Part shown: piece after piece, positions 13,440 to 24,334 of the stretch
Layout of the letters: each line of letters opens with the position of its first letter
How positions within the stretch are numbered: position 1 is the first letter of the stretch
Assembly: GCA_013265495.1 (NCBI GenBank)
Contig: MU057801.1
Span: forward strand, 2,696,765 to 2,760,764
Direction: 5' to 3'
From: Vicugna vicugna
Taxonomy: Eukaryota
DNA: 64,000 nt
Translations under genes and position numbers: made by a program
Notes under the pieces: generated by a model
The model's database searches: none
What the model was told of the DNA's origin: nothing
What the model saw: the letters and a program-made list of their open reading frames with translations, nothing else

Positions 13440-14940
13440 GTCTCTGCGGCGAGGTGAAACTGAGAGCTGCGAGGCCCCACCGTTGCTGCCTTCCCGCCTT
13501 CCCACGGACTCCAGCTGCTGACCGCGCTCCCCGCCCCGGCCACCCACCACAGCTCTGTTGGTTTACATGGGCGGGGTCGCTCGCCAGGAGAGTTGCCGGC
13601 GGCACCTGGCGGCGACAACAGCCAGAAGCTTTTGGGTCCCGTCTCCCGCCCCGGGGCATGAACGGGAAGTCCGGATTCCTCGGCGCCCCGCGCCCTCCAC
13701 CCCCGCCCGGAGCAGGTGTCGCGCGCTCTGCTCCCGGCGGGCGGGCGCGCTCGGCGGTGCTGGGTGGTGCGGGGCGGTGGGGGCCCAAGTTAAACTTGGA
13801 AGACGCCCACCGGGGAGCCGGCGGCTGCTCAAGGCCAGCAGCTGGGCGCCCAAGCCGGGACGGGGTAGTCCGGGGAGGGGAGGGGAGGGGTGGTGGTGAC
13901 TGCGCCCCGCGCTGGGGGGCCAGGGCCCGGGCGCTGGAGGAGGGGGCGTGTGGGGCTGCGGTCCGCCTGGCCTTGGATGGCCTCCGCTGGGCTGAGTCCC
14001 CTCCCCGGGGGTCGGGGCGCCCCAGTCCCGAGCCCACTCACCAGACACGTTTAACTGGCCTCCCAGAAACCAGCCGATCCTGCCGCTGCGGAAGTCGCAG
14101 TCGTACACGGTGTGGTAGGGGGTGTCCCAGACGAGCCCGTCCCGCGCCAGCGGCCCCCAGAAGGCGGCCGGCTCGCGGACGGCCTGTGCCCTCCGCTCCC
14201 GGTACGAGCTGGACCGCTTGGCGGCGGCGGGGGCGCTGCCCCAGAGCCGGGGGACGGCCGGGCCCTGCGACCCCACCCCACGCACGCCGCCCAGGAGCCG
14301 CAGGACGCCGCGGCCCAGACTGCGCGCCGCCATCGCGCCTCGGAGCCCCGCGCGGCTGCTGCGAGCCAGGCCCTCGCGTGTCCGCGCCCCGCCCCGTCCC
14401 CGCCCTCCGGCCAGGGCTGCAGCCGCCCCCCGGAGCCGCCCCGCCCCGTCCCACCCCTCTTCTCCGACCTCGAGAGGGGCGGCCAAGGGAGAAGGAGCCG
14501 CTGGGGCAGAGACGCCGGGAGCGGGGGAAGGGGGTCCCCGCCCGGCTGCTGGGGTTTCCGTTGGTGCGTCTTCAAGCTCCGACGGCTGCGCCGCGCGGGG
14601 AACCGCCGACTCGCGCGCGAGGACGCAGGCTCTGCCCGGGAGTGTGGAGCCAACCGTGTGCGGTGCGCGGGAACCGATACAGACGCAGGGCACCGGCGGA
14701 GCGAGGCTCGCAGGTGGGTCCCAGGACGACCCAGTTGGGTCATTTCAGCACCTCAGAGGCTGAAGTCAAAGTATCCACCGATTTGTGCGCCCTTGAGAGT
14801 GGACCCTCACGCGGCCTCATCGGCCTGTACACCCCCCTCCACCAAAACACACACACAAGCGGACCTCGCGGGCTAAGCGGGCTGGTTGGGGGTTCTTGGG
14901 CCAGGAGGCTGTGGGGTCCCGGGGCGGCGGTCAGGGGTCG
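13440..14940. promoter_or_regulatory. ACSS1 promoter CpG island with GC boxes
   Basis: Dense CpG spanning exon 1. CCCGCCCC Sp/KLF boxes at about 14385-14450, immediately 5' of the ATG. Confidence 0.85.
14042..14333 (-). CDS. ACSS1: ACSS1 coding exon 1 (292 bp), mitochondrial acetyl-CoA synthetase with an Arg-rich transit peptide
   Basis: ATG at 14333 (gcgATGg). Encodes MAARSLGRGVLRLLGG...EPAAFWGPLARDGLVWDTPYHTVYDCDFRSGRIGWFLGGQLNVS. Donor G|GTGAGT at 14041. Confidence 0.95.
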
Positions 14941-15473
14941 GATGCTCTAATGTGGCAGAGAAGCAAACGCTCCAGCAACCTCGGCTGATTTGGAACTCTG
15001 GGGGCTTCCGCCCACAGCTGCAGCACCCACGCATCTGGGGCCCGTGTGCAAAACCGGGCCGTTCTCGCTCTGGGACCTCCGGCCAGTGCCTTCATGTGTC
15101 CGGGCCTCCTTTTCCTTTCATGGAGTAAAACGGGAGTCCTGTCTCCCTCCCCCGGCTGCAGAAAGACTCAGTGAGTGGCTGTCTGAAACCTGCAGCCTGG
15201 AAGAGGCGCCCAGGGGGCCCAGAATTGGAGGCGGTTCTCTTGTTGTCAAGCCAGAAGAGCCAGGAGGAAAACCGCAGAAACTTGTCTCAGCCACTCTTAA
15301 GTATCAACCCCCCACGAAGTAAACACATTAGAAGTAAAGTAAACAGAAGGGAAAGGGGCTTTTTGAAAACCGGTTGGTTGAGTTCTCTGGAAAGATCCCT
15401 TCCTGTTAGCCGTAAGGGCTGCAGGGAGATCTCGACCATTCAGAGGGGTTTCTGTTGTCAGTCAGCCGGGCAG

Positions 15474-15474
<1 letters not shown>

Positions 15475-15510
<36 letters not shown>

Positions 15511-15511
15511 C
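15475..15511. repeat. (TG)15(CG)3 alternating purine-pyrimidine microsatellite
   Basis: Directly visible in the sequence. Confidence 0.95.
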
Positions 15512-16389
15512 TCTTTAAGGCTGGGAACAGATAAACTGCGCTAGACAGGGCTCTGCTCTGTGCCAAGCGCTTGATCTGCATTTTTCACTGAATTCAAAAT
15601 TATCTAGTACTATCAAGTCCCAACAACTCTCAACTCCCACTAGGGAGGGAAACGCACGAGGGCGCTGAGCCCAAAGAAATAGACAGACTTGCTAAAAGGC
15701 ACACGGCGGGCAGCACCGCCCTCCTACCTCAACATGTGCTTCACCGCCTGGCCTGGAGCAGCGTTTTTAATAGAATAAACACAGCTGAAGTGGAGAAAGA
15801 CCATAACTGTTCAGGGAGGGGGACAGCCCAAAGACGGCCACCAGCACTTCCGCTGCTGCGTCAGCAGGCAGAGCTGCTCCGGGGCCACAGCTGCTCCTGC
15901 CCTCCCGCTGGGAGGACCCAGCCTTCCGGAGGAGGAGACCCTGTGAGTCAAAGGTGCTGCCTCCCTTATCAATAAACAAAGGATGTGCCGCCGCCCCCAA
16001 CTGGGAGCCCTGGGGGAACTCAGGATGTAAGGAGGCTGCCGGCCGCGAGGCCCTCAGCCCCTGCACCAACCCCAAGGGTGCACCTGAGGGGACTCGGGTC
16101 GGGAGAGAACAGGACACCGGCCCTGGACAGCTGAGGTGCAGATCAAAGGAAGGATTTCAGTGGGCCCAGACTCCGGTATCTTCCCATACATAGAAAAGCA
16201 CCAAATTCCTTAACTTGAGATGTCTGGTTTTCCTTATTTAACGGTAATCTTTTGATGTTCTGACTACTTGGTCTTTGTTGCAAAACCCCCTAAGTATCCT
16301 GGCCCCTCCCCTGCCTGTTGGGAGTGATCTGAGAGGCGTCTCCCCAGCCTGAAGTCCTCTGAAAGTCCGCCTAAGAAGTATAATTCTCA

Positions 16390-17033
16390 GTAGGCAAACA
16401 GTGTGCGACCGTATAGTGTGAGCTGAAATAAATTACGCAGCCTAGAAGCTGAGAGTTACGATGTATTAGGTGGGCTTCTCTGAGGACTGAGATCCCTCCG
16501 AGCCCGGGAGGGCAGCCTCCCGGATCGCCCTAGGGGACGGACGGCTCCGAAGAGGCAGGGAGGGGCCAGGACATACAGGAGCTTTACAGCAAAGGCCAGG
16601 TAGTCAGAATGCTGAAAGATTACTTGTTAACTGAAGAAAACCAGGCTCTCAAGGTAGAGAATTTAACACTATTCCTTGGGGGGGGAGCAGCCATTGGGCT
16701 CATCGTCTTCATTCCTTTGGCAAGCACCTAGTTGTCTAGGGCCAGTGTCCTGTCCTTTCTTATTCTGAGTCCCCGCAGGCTGCAGAGGCCGGGCTGCCTG
16801 CCTGCCTTCACTTTGCGGAGGGTGGGGTGGCGGCTGATGACTTGATGGCTTCAGCATTCTTTGCTTACTGATAGGGTTTGCATTGTTTGTCGTTCACGAC
16901 AGCACCGGGAACTACAATCACTGTCTTGTAGTAACCTATAAAGAAAAGGAATATACCTATGTTCCTGTACGACTGAAACATGATGCTGTGCACCAGAAAC
17001 TGACACATTCTAAACTGACTATACTTGAATTAA
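16390..17033 (+). mobile_element. 5'-truncated L1 3' end, itself split by an LTR
   Basis: Ends ...gctgtgcaccagaaactgacacattctaaactgactatacttgaattaaaa, an L1 3' terminus shared with other copies in the window. TSD aagta(a)taattctca at 16376-16389 and 17034-17048. Confidence 0.75.
16417..16898 (-). mobile_element. ERV1-type solo LTR (family X, copy 2), inverted and inserted inside the L1 fragment
   Basis: Reverse complement matches copy 1 (e.g. caggacac[ct]ggccct[ag]gaca, gtaatcttt...ttctgactac[ct]tgg, tcctggcccctccc). 4-bp flanks atag/acag. Confidence 0.7.
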
Positions 17034-17682
17034 AAGTAATAATTCTCAATGTTTAGGCTGTGCTTTTTTTTCAGTCCATAACCGCATGGAGTGAACAATG
17101 GAAAAGTACAAGAATTGACTCTACTTTAAAATAAAATACGAAGCTGGCGTCTCCTTCAGGTGGATAAAGAGAAGCGAGTGGGTACAGAAAACACTGCAGA
17201 AACTGGCAGGCAGCACAGAACCCAAGTGACCCCGAGGCCAAGGCTGCCACCGGGTCCTCCTGGAAGCGGCTGTCCGGGAACCACGGCGGGGGAAGCCACA
17301 CCCCGCCACCCGCCCTGCTGGGTCCGCAGGCCTGCGTCCCACTGGGCCTTGGCGGCTCCCAGCGGGAGGCACCGGTCACAGAAGCCACCTCCCCCGAAGC
17401 TGTACGTGGGCAGGTGCAGAAGAGGACAGAGGGCGGGGAGGGTTCCTGCGGGAAGGTTCCTGCGGGAGCCGGGCTCACTTGGTGTCTACGTGGGAGACAG
17501 CGCCCCTCACAGTCCTCACAGAAGGAGGCTGTGGTCCTCACTTTACATGTGGAGAGACACACAGAGGAGAGACGCCCACCCAAGGCCACACAGCCAGTGA
17601 GTGGCGGAGCCTTGCCCTCCAGAGCTCGCACCTCTAACTACTCTCTGAGACCCTACACCCCGCGTCGCTGGGGTCGCATTGC

Positions 17683-18292
17683 TGACACAGGGAAATGAAT
17701 GCGGGCAAGAGGAGGGCCGTGCCCCAGGTCTCGCTGAGCCCCTGGAATGCACCCAACCAAGAGTGGGTCCTTGGCTTCATGCGGGAAAGAATTCAAGAGC
17801 GAGCCACAGCTGACTAAAGGTAGATTTTATTCAGATACACACTCTGCAGACAGAGTGTGGCTGTTTCAAAAGAGGAAAGGGTGAGAGGCCATGAGGTGCA
17901 GGGGTGGGTGCTCAGCAGATACACAGTCCGTCCCGCTCAGAAGGGAGAGCCGGGTGGCTGGGTTTTATGGGCTCGGGGGCTTCATATGCCAACACGAGGG
18001 AAGGTTATTCCAACGACTTTGGGGAAGGGGCTGGGATTCCCAGGAACTGAGCCCCTGCCCACTTTTGGACCTTTTACAGTCAGCCTGGGACCCCTCAGGC
18101 CGCCCAGGGGTGCCGTTTACCGTGTTAATACATTACAATGAGCGTGTGATGCAGCTCAAGGTCACTGGAGGTCAAATCTCCCGCCATCTTGGGCCTCAAG
18201 GCCTGTTGGGAGTTGAATTTTCCAACACCTTGGTGTTCATTGCTGTGCCATCTCTTGAATGGCCATGCCCTGTCCTCTTCCTTCCTGTCACA
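17683..18292 (-). mobile_element. ERV solo LTR (family Y, copy A)
   Basis: TG...CA termini. TATA-like CCCATAAAA and AATAAA on the minus strand. End-to-end similarity to 21934-22555. Confidence 0.75.
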
Positions 18293-20321
18293 ACTGGACA
18301 CTCCTAAGAAGCAGCTCTGTTGATACGGGTCCTGGCAGACCCAGCGCCCCCTCCGCAGACCCAGCACTGAGCCACCAGCGCCTCCAAGAGCCTGCGCAGC
18401 CCCGCTGTGTGCAAGGCCCACTCGAAGGCTGTCGGCCAGACAAGGCTGAGGCAGGCACAGCCCAGGGCCCGAGGCCACGACTGGGGAGAGGACTGAAATG
18501 CAAGGCAAAACCAGAATGGGAATCCACATTAAGAGCCCCGAGGTGGGTTGGGGGAATTAGGGGCCCGGATGCTGGGGGTCTGGGATTGGCTGCACATGTG
18601 TGTCAGGCTCCCTGCCCGCGGAGTCTGCCTTCCCTGATGTCCCCATGACCTCAGTGGCAGCAATACCATGTGGGGTGGCTTGTCCCCATGGCTGCACAGT
18701 GGGGGCCCCACGACCCCCAGGCAGCGCCCTGCAACACCGCATACCAGACCCCTGGGGGTGAGCGTGCACACCCCACACTTGCAGGGTTCACCCAACAATG
18801 TACAGTGGCCCCAGGACGGGAGGCTCACCACCAACCAGCGGGAAAGACCGTGGTGACAACCTGGACGTAGTCCTGGCAGTGTGGGGCTGGCTGCGGGGTC
18901 CTCCTGGAGTTGGGGGCCCCTATCTGAGGATGAGGCCATGTAGGGTGGCCAGACTTCATGGTGGGTCTCTTCTCAGGCAGCTCTGGTCATGAGCACCCTC
19001 AATGTCATCAACTCCCAGTCCTGGTCACCCTTCACCCCCTAGCCCTGCGTGAGCTGGGGTGTCCTCCAGCCATAAACCGCAGGAAGGACTTGGCCAGGCA
19101 CTGTGCTCATCCCAGGGAGGACACACCAGACTGAGATCACAGTCTTTTCTGCTTCTGTAACATAGCTTCTGCAGGGTGGGGGCTGCACAGGTGTATTTAA
19201 GGGCTGGTGCCCTCCTCTCCCCTCTCCTTTCCTTGTCTTTCTTTGCCCCCCTCCCCGCTCGAGGGGCGCTGTTCCTCCTGCTACTTCAAGGCCCCAACAG
19301 CCACGTCTCCCTCTCGAGCTCACCTCTCGTGTTTCCCTGATGAAGGTGGCCTCCCCAGAACTGACTTTCCCCCAGACTGCAGGACTGCAATGCAACCAGG
19401 GGTGGGTGGTCTGACGGATTCTGGTCCAGTCGCTTCTGAGAATGGTGGCTCTCTGGCTAAGGTCTATATTTCACATACATACAATTGAAAATTGTGGGGC
19501 CAGGCAGATAGGACGGGTGCTCTCAGCTGGTCTTGGAGTTTCCTTTGAACATGAATCTGATCAGCGGGCAGGTGAGGGGAAGAAGCTGCCTGTCAACAGG
19601 CCAGGGCAACACTGCCCGGAGAAGCCAGCTCCCTCGGCCACCCGGACCCTCAACCCAAGCAGCCAGCAGGTCTCCCCACATGTGCCCGAACGGCCACGAG
19701 GCCACTCGTCCTCGCTGTTTGTCCTGCGGGTCCGTTGACGGGCAGAGGCCTGTGCAGTCCCGATGTCCCCTTGGTGGTCTCAGGCCAGCGGAAGTCCTTG
19801 CTCTGACACCCGTTTGGTGGTGATAACTTGGCGCCTCAGGATAAGAGGAGGAGGGGACTGTCGGAGGGAAGCCAGGGAGCAGCCTTTGGGCTGGGCTGAG
19901 AGTCCGCCCCTTCCTGCCTGAGACAGCAAAGGCAGCTGAGTCTCCACCTGCGGCCCCAGGAACATCTTGGGCCTCCCCAGCCTCTCACTCCATCAACCCA
20001 CGTGTGAGGGTTTATGACCCAAGCACAACTTTGAGACTTAGACCATGGAGAGAGAGGTCAGCCAGCAAACATGTGCGGACCACCTGGGGTGGCCACCGCT
20101 CTGGGTCCCAAAAAGAGATTACAGAGGCCCAACCCTGAGAGCACCAGCTCCAGACCAGGCGGCGGTGGACTGAGCAGGGGCCTGATGAGTCTTGACTGAC
20201 TGGCTGATTGTGAGTTGATTGAATGGAAAGATGAGTGACAGAAAACAAAACAGATTTTTATTTTCCTGAGAGTATATGAAATTGTATAACGTGAAATTGG
20301 TTGGGGTTTTTTTGTTCAATT

Positions 20322-20540
20322 GTTTTTTAATTGAAGCACAGTCAGTTACAGTGCGTCAGTTTCTGGTGTCCCGCATAATGTCCCAGCCATGCATATACAT
20401 ATGTATATTCATTTTCATAGTCTTTTCATTAAAGGTTATTATAAGATATTGAATACGGTTCCTTGTGCTATACAGAAGAAGTTTATGTTTTTTAATCAAT
20501 TTTTATATATAGTGGTTAACTTTTGCAAATTTCAAACTAT
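20322..20540 (-). mobile_element. L1 3'-end fragment
   Basis: ttttttaattgaagcacagtcagttacagtg...cagtttctggtg...gatattgaatacggttccttgtgctatacag. Confidence 0.8.
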
Positions 20541-21228
20541 TATTAAGTTTCTAATAGTACAGGTTTTAACAAATTTTAAAGCTGGCCAACACTGCCCCCT
20601 GGTGATGGGTTCACTTTAAAGTTGCCTCCTGTCCTGATGGGGAATGTTTTTGTAATCAGAATCACGTGCCTCCAAGTCACATCTCCATCAGGGGAAGTCC
20701 AGGAGCATTTCCTGAACCGGGAGGCCCTTGGAATAGTCCTTGTCTCTTCGATGAATTAATCACCGTAGATCAATTGCATTCAGTACGGCAGCCTGAACTC
20801 AAGGGACAGACACTCTTAAGGAGGGGCAGGATCAAATGCATGCGGCAGAGTCGGTCAAGGTGGTGGGCCGGGCACAGGAAGTAACAGGAGTTATTTACTT
20901 AAAATCATGATAAATTGAGAAAAGACGAGGCCTGTGTGTCGGAGTCCATTTGGGACATTTTAACAAAGCACCACCAACTTAAACACAGAAAACATGGCTC
21001 ACGGGACAATTCTGTCACTGAAGGGGTTTCAAAGGGGAGACTGCCGAGGCCAGTGACTCAGCAGGTGGGTTGGAAGGAGGAAGGCAGAAAAAGAGAAATT
21101 CCACTGCACAGACGTGTTCAAGCTGTGCCTTTGGTTGAGTGTGGCTGCGGGTCAGGCCAGTGCACAGCCACGAGCCTGCCAGCAGGTGGCACCAGCCTGT
21201 TCCTTGTGATGATTTATTTATATGGGTC

Positions 21229-21375
21229 TTTTTTTTCTTTTTTCTTTTTGAAATTTATTTGAGGGAAGGTAATTATGGTTTTTAAAATGTATTTTTTAGT
21301 GCAGGTACTGGAGATTGATCTCAGGACCTCGTGCAGGCTAAGCACGCGCTCCACCGCTGAGCTGCATCCTCCCCC
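21229..21375 (-). mobile_element. tRNA-derived SINE (camelid vic-1-like)
   Basis: Minus strand GGGGGAGGATGCAGCTCAGCGGTGGAGCGCGTGCTTAGC...GAGGTCCTGAGATCAATCTCCAGTACC, with A/B-box-like motifs and an A-rich tail. Confidence 0.85.
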
Positions 21376-21933
21376 TGACCTGTTAATTTTGGTGGAAAGC
21401 CAGGCTTGGATGAATTTTGGGGAAGTGAGGAGGGTCCAGAAAAGTCAGAATGATGCCTTGGGTACCTACAGTCACCCCAATGACAACCTGTGTGGAGGCA
21501 CATACTTCGGACCCTTAAGGGCAAGAGCGCTCCTGTAAGAGCTGCAGGACCTCGACCCAGGTCACGATGCAGTGCTGCCTCCGTCAGTGGGTACCAGACG
21601 TGGGAAAGCACACGCCACACTTGGGAGAGCAGCGCTCCTGTGCTAAGCTTGCTGAGCCGTTTGCGTCACCGGGAGCCCTGCACTGGAAAGTCAGTGAACA
21701 GGGACCCTCGGTGGTGGCCGGGACTCGCACCCTCCTCCGGGCAGACACAGCTGCGTGACAACATCCCCCCAGGACCCGCCTTCCGCAGGATTAGAGGGTG
21801 AGGCTGAAGGTGATCGTGACCCCAAATGGTGCTGCCTGATAAGATCCTGTAAATAGGGCCCAGATGAGCAGAAGTTAAAATTGGAGAATGGAGAATTTCG
21901 CCACAGTTCTCTGAGAACAGGCCTGCCTGGCCC

Positions 21934-22555
21934 TGAGACAGGAGGGAAGAGGGAAGGGCACTGCCATTCAAGAAATAACACAGCAGTTAGCACCAAGATG
22001 GCGTAAAACTCAATTCCCACCAGGCCTGAGGCCCAGGACGGTGGGAGACTTGCCTTCCAGCGGCCTCAATCGGCGCCCTGTGCTCCCTGTAGTGTGCTAA
22101 CGCGGTAAGCGGTACCCCACAGGCGCCGTGGCAGTTCCCAGGCTGACCACGAGGGGTCAGAGGTGCGCAGTGGCCCACCGGGAACCCCAGCCCCTGCCCA
22201 CAGTGGTTGGAATCACCCTCCCATTTGTTGGCGTATGAAACAGCCAAGCCCACAGCGACCAAGCGCCCCGCACCTCACGGCCGCGCTCCCTTCTGAGCGA
22301 GGCGCCCGCGCTGGGCCTGTGGCCTGTGTGTCTGCTGAGCGCCCACCCCCCGCCTCAGGCCTCTCACTCCCTCGTCCTCTGGAACAGCCTGCACTCTGTG
22401 GAGCGTGTATCGCTCTGAACGAATCTATCTTCACTCCGCCGTGGCTTCTCTTGCTCTTGAATTTTTTCCTGTGCGAAGCCAACGACCCACACTGAGGACT
22501 CAACTAAGACCTGGGACACGGCCCTCCTCTCGCTCGCATTCTATTTCCTGGATCA
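21934..22555 (+). mobile_element. ERV solo LTR (family Y, copy B)
   Basis: TGAGACAGG...CCTGGATCA. Colinear with the reverse complement of 17683-18292. Flanks gccc/gcgc. Confidence 0.75.
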
Positions 22556-23252
22556 GCGCTGCATCCAGGAAAAGTCCTTGGTCCCCTCCCAGGATTCTGA
22601 AACCTTGCAGCCCCTATTCAGCTTCCAAAGTGAGGCCCTAAGAACGCCCAAAGCAATATCAGATCAATGGCCCGGGTTCACTGGCTGCTGCACACCCAGC
22701 AGGAGCCCACAGGAGCTGGGCACAGGGAAAGCAGAGCAGAGGGAAGGCAGGGCCGTCGGCCTTCTCAGCGCTTCACCAGCTCCTGGGACACCAGCTGCAA
22801 GAGCCTGTGACGCCTGGGAGGGTGGAAAGTGGTTTTCTGCCCTGGACGGAGAGGGTTCTTCCCCAAACCCTGAGTCCTGCCAGCCCGTCTGGCCTACTAG
22901 GACTTGCGAAGCCATTAGCCTGCCTGCTTACCTCCCACTCAGGTTCCTTCCAACAGTAAGTTTCCTTTATTTTAAAACCAAATAGTCATATGTCCCCGGT
23001 AGAAACTCAAGTGACGCAGGAGGACACAGCGGACAACGGAGCCCCTATCCTCTGGTCCCCTCCCCAGCCTTTCTGCTCCGAGTCAACCTTGCAAGATATA
23101 GGTATGTATTAAAAGCTTTTCAGCATCTATTCAGATAAGCTTTTTTGGTTTGTTTGGGCTTTAAAAAGGTGTGTAACTCCCTTCCTTTCACAGGATTAAA
23201 CTGTCTTTGCGTGCCTGGGGAGACCTTCCATGCATCAGCGGCATTTTCAGTT

Positions 23253-23695
23253 CAGTCATCCCTGCTTATCCCCAGGTTCCCTTTCCCTGGTTTCAGCTAC
23301 CTGAGGTCCACCTCAGTCTGAAAATATTAAGTGGGAAGTTCCAGAAATAAGCCATTCCTAAGTTTTAAGTCTCGTGCTGCTCTGAGTCACGTGATAAAGT
23401 CCTGAGCCACCCACTCTGTCCCCTGGGATCCCCAGCCGTGCACACCATGTGCTCCCAACATCCAGCTGTCAGCATCCTCAGGGCCCCGCAGTCCAGGACC
23501 ACCTGGAGCACATGGTCCTCCCTCTGACCTCGTCACACACGCATTTTATCATCTCACCTCGTCCCAAGCGGAAGGGTGAGTAGCCTGCAGTCAGATGTTT
23601 TGAGAGAGAGGGGCTGCACTCACATAACCTTTATTACAGGGTTTTCTTGTCTTTGTCCTATGTCGTTAATTATCGTTAATCTCTTACTGTGCCTC
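23253..23695 (+). mobile_element. MER44/Tigger7-like DNA transposon remnant
   Basis: cagtcatccctgcttatcc...gaaaatattaagtgggaagttccagaaataagc...aagttttaa resembles the MER44 5' consensus as I recall it. Confidence 0.7.
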
Positions 23696-24077
23696 AAGAA
23701 TTCACACGTGACTCCACCTAGATTCAGAGCTATTTTCTAGTATAACTGGCTTTGACTTTCTTAATTATTGCTCTTTCATATTTCATGCCTACTCTGGAGT
23801 CAATGTTAGTAACATGTACTTCTCCAGAAAACGTGTCCATTTGTGGGAGAGTTTAAAAACACGTCAATGTGCATCTTGGCTGTGACAAGTATGTTCTCAT
23901 ACATTCACATGGTTTTTATCGCCGGCTCTGGGCCCTCTCCCTCTCACCTCGTCCTGTCTTCTCCATATAATATTGCCTAGAAACTTGTCCACTGTTTGTT
24001 TATTTTTCATGCCAGTTAAGTTTGTTTTTTTCTGTCTCCTGACACTGTTCTTTTACTGAGTAATAGTCAGTTTACAA

Positions 24078-24180
24078 AAAATACGGAACGCTTCGCGAAT
24101 CTGCGTGTCATCTCTGCGCAGGGGCCATGCTGATCTCTGTGTCGTTCCAGTTTCAGCACACGTGCTGCCAAAGCGAGCAG
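24078..24180 (-). pseudogene. RNU6: Full-length U6 snRNA retropseudogene
   Basis: Minus strand CTGCTCGCTTTGGCAGCACGTGTGCTGAAACTGGAACGACACAGAGATCAGCATGGCCCCTGCGCAGAGATGACACGCAGATTCGCGAAGCGTTCCGTATTTT aligns to U6 with 14 substitutions and a 3-nt deletion. No upstream PSE/TATA recognised. Confidence 0.95.
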
Positions 24181-24208
24181 TTTAGTTCCTTTATTTCATT
24201 TTTATTCT

Positions 24209-24334
24209 TTTTTGGTGGGGAGGGACAGTAATTAAGTTTATGTATTTCCTTTTTAATGGAGGTACTGGGGATTGAGCCCAGGACCTCGTGCATGCTAAGC
24301 ACATGCTCTACCACTTGAGCTGTACCCTCCCCCC
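24209..24334 (-). mobile_element. tRNA-derived SINE (vic-1-like) with perfect 14-bp TSD
   Basis: GGGGGGAGGGTACAGCTCAAGTGGTAGAGCATGTGCTTAGCATGCACGAGGTCCTGGGCTCAATCCCCAGTACCTCC. TSD ttcatttttattct at 24195-24208 and 24335-24348. Confidence 0.92.

Larger units (their letters stand above)
15942..17080 (+). mobile_element. ERV1-type solo LTR (family X, copy 1), interrupted by an L1 fragment at 16390-17033
   Basis: Begins TGTGAG and resumes after the L1 with ataattctcaatgtttaggctgtgc...cagtccata. 4-bp flanks accc/accg. Alignable by eye to the inverted copy at 16417-16898. Confidence 0.65.

Noticed and set aside
14200..14333. ACSS1 transit peptide shorter than I recall for human
   Set aside because: Mitochondrial presequences vary freely in length. 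The frame and mature region are intact.
13406..14950. 514-aa plus-strand ORF and other long ORFs over the ACSS1 CpG island, including the in-frame extension to 14693
   Set aside because: Expected from stop-codon scarcity in very GC-rich DNA. Low-complexity Arg/Pro/Gly content. Real homology begins at the ATG at 14333.
24078..24180. Functional U6 snRNA gene
   Set aside because: 14 substitutions, a deletion next to the ACAGAGA box, no recognisable upstream PSE/TATA, and an L1-derived tail.
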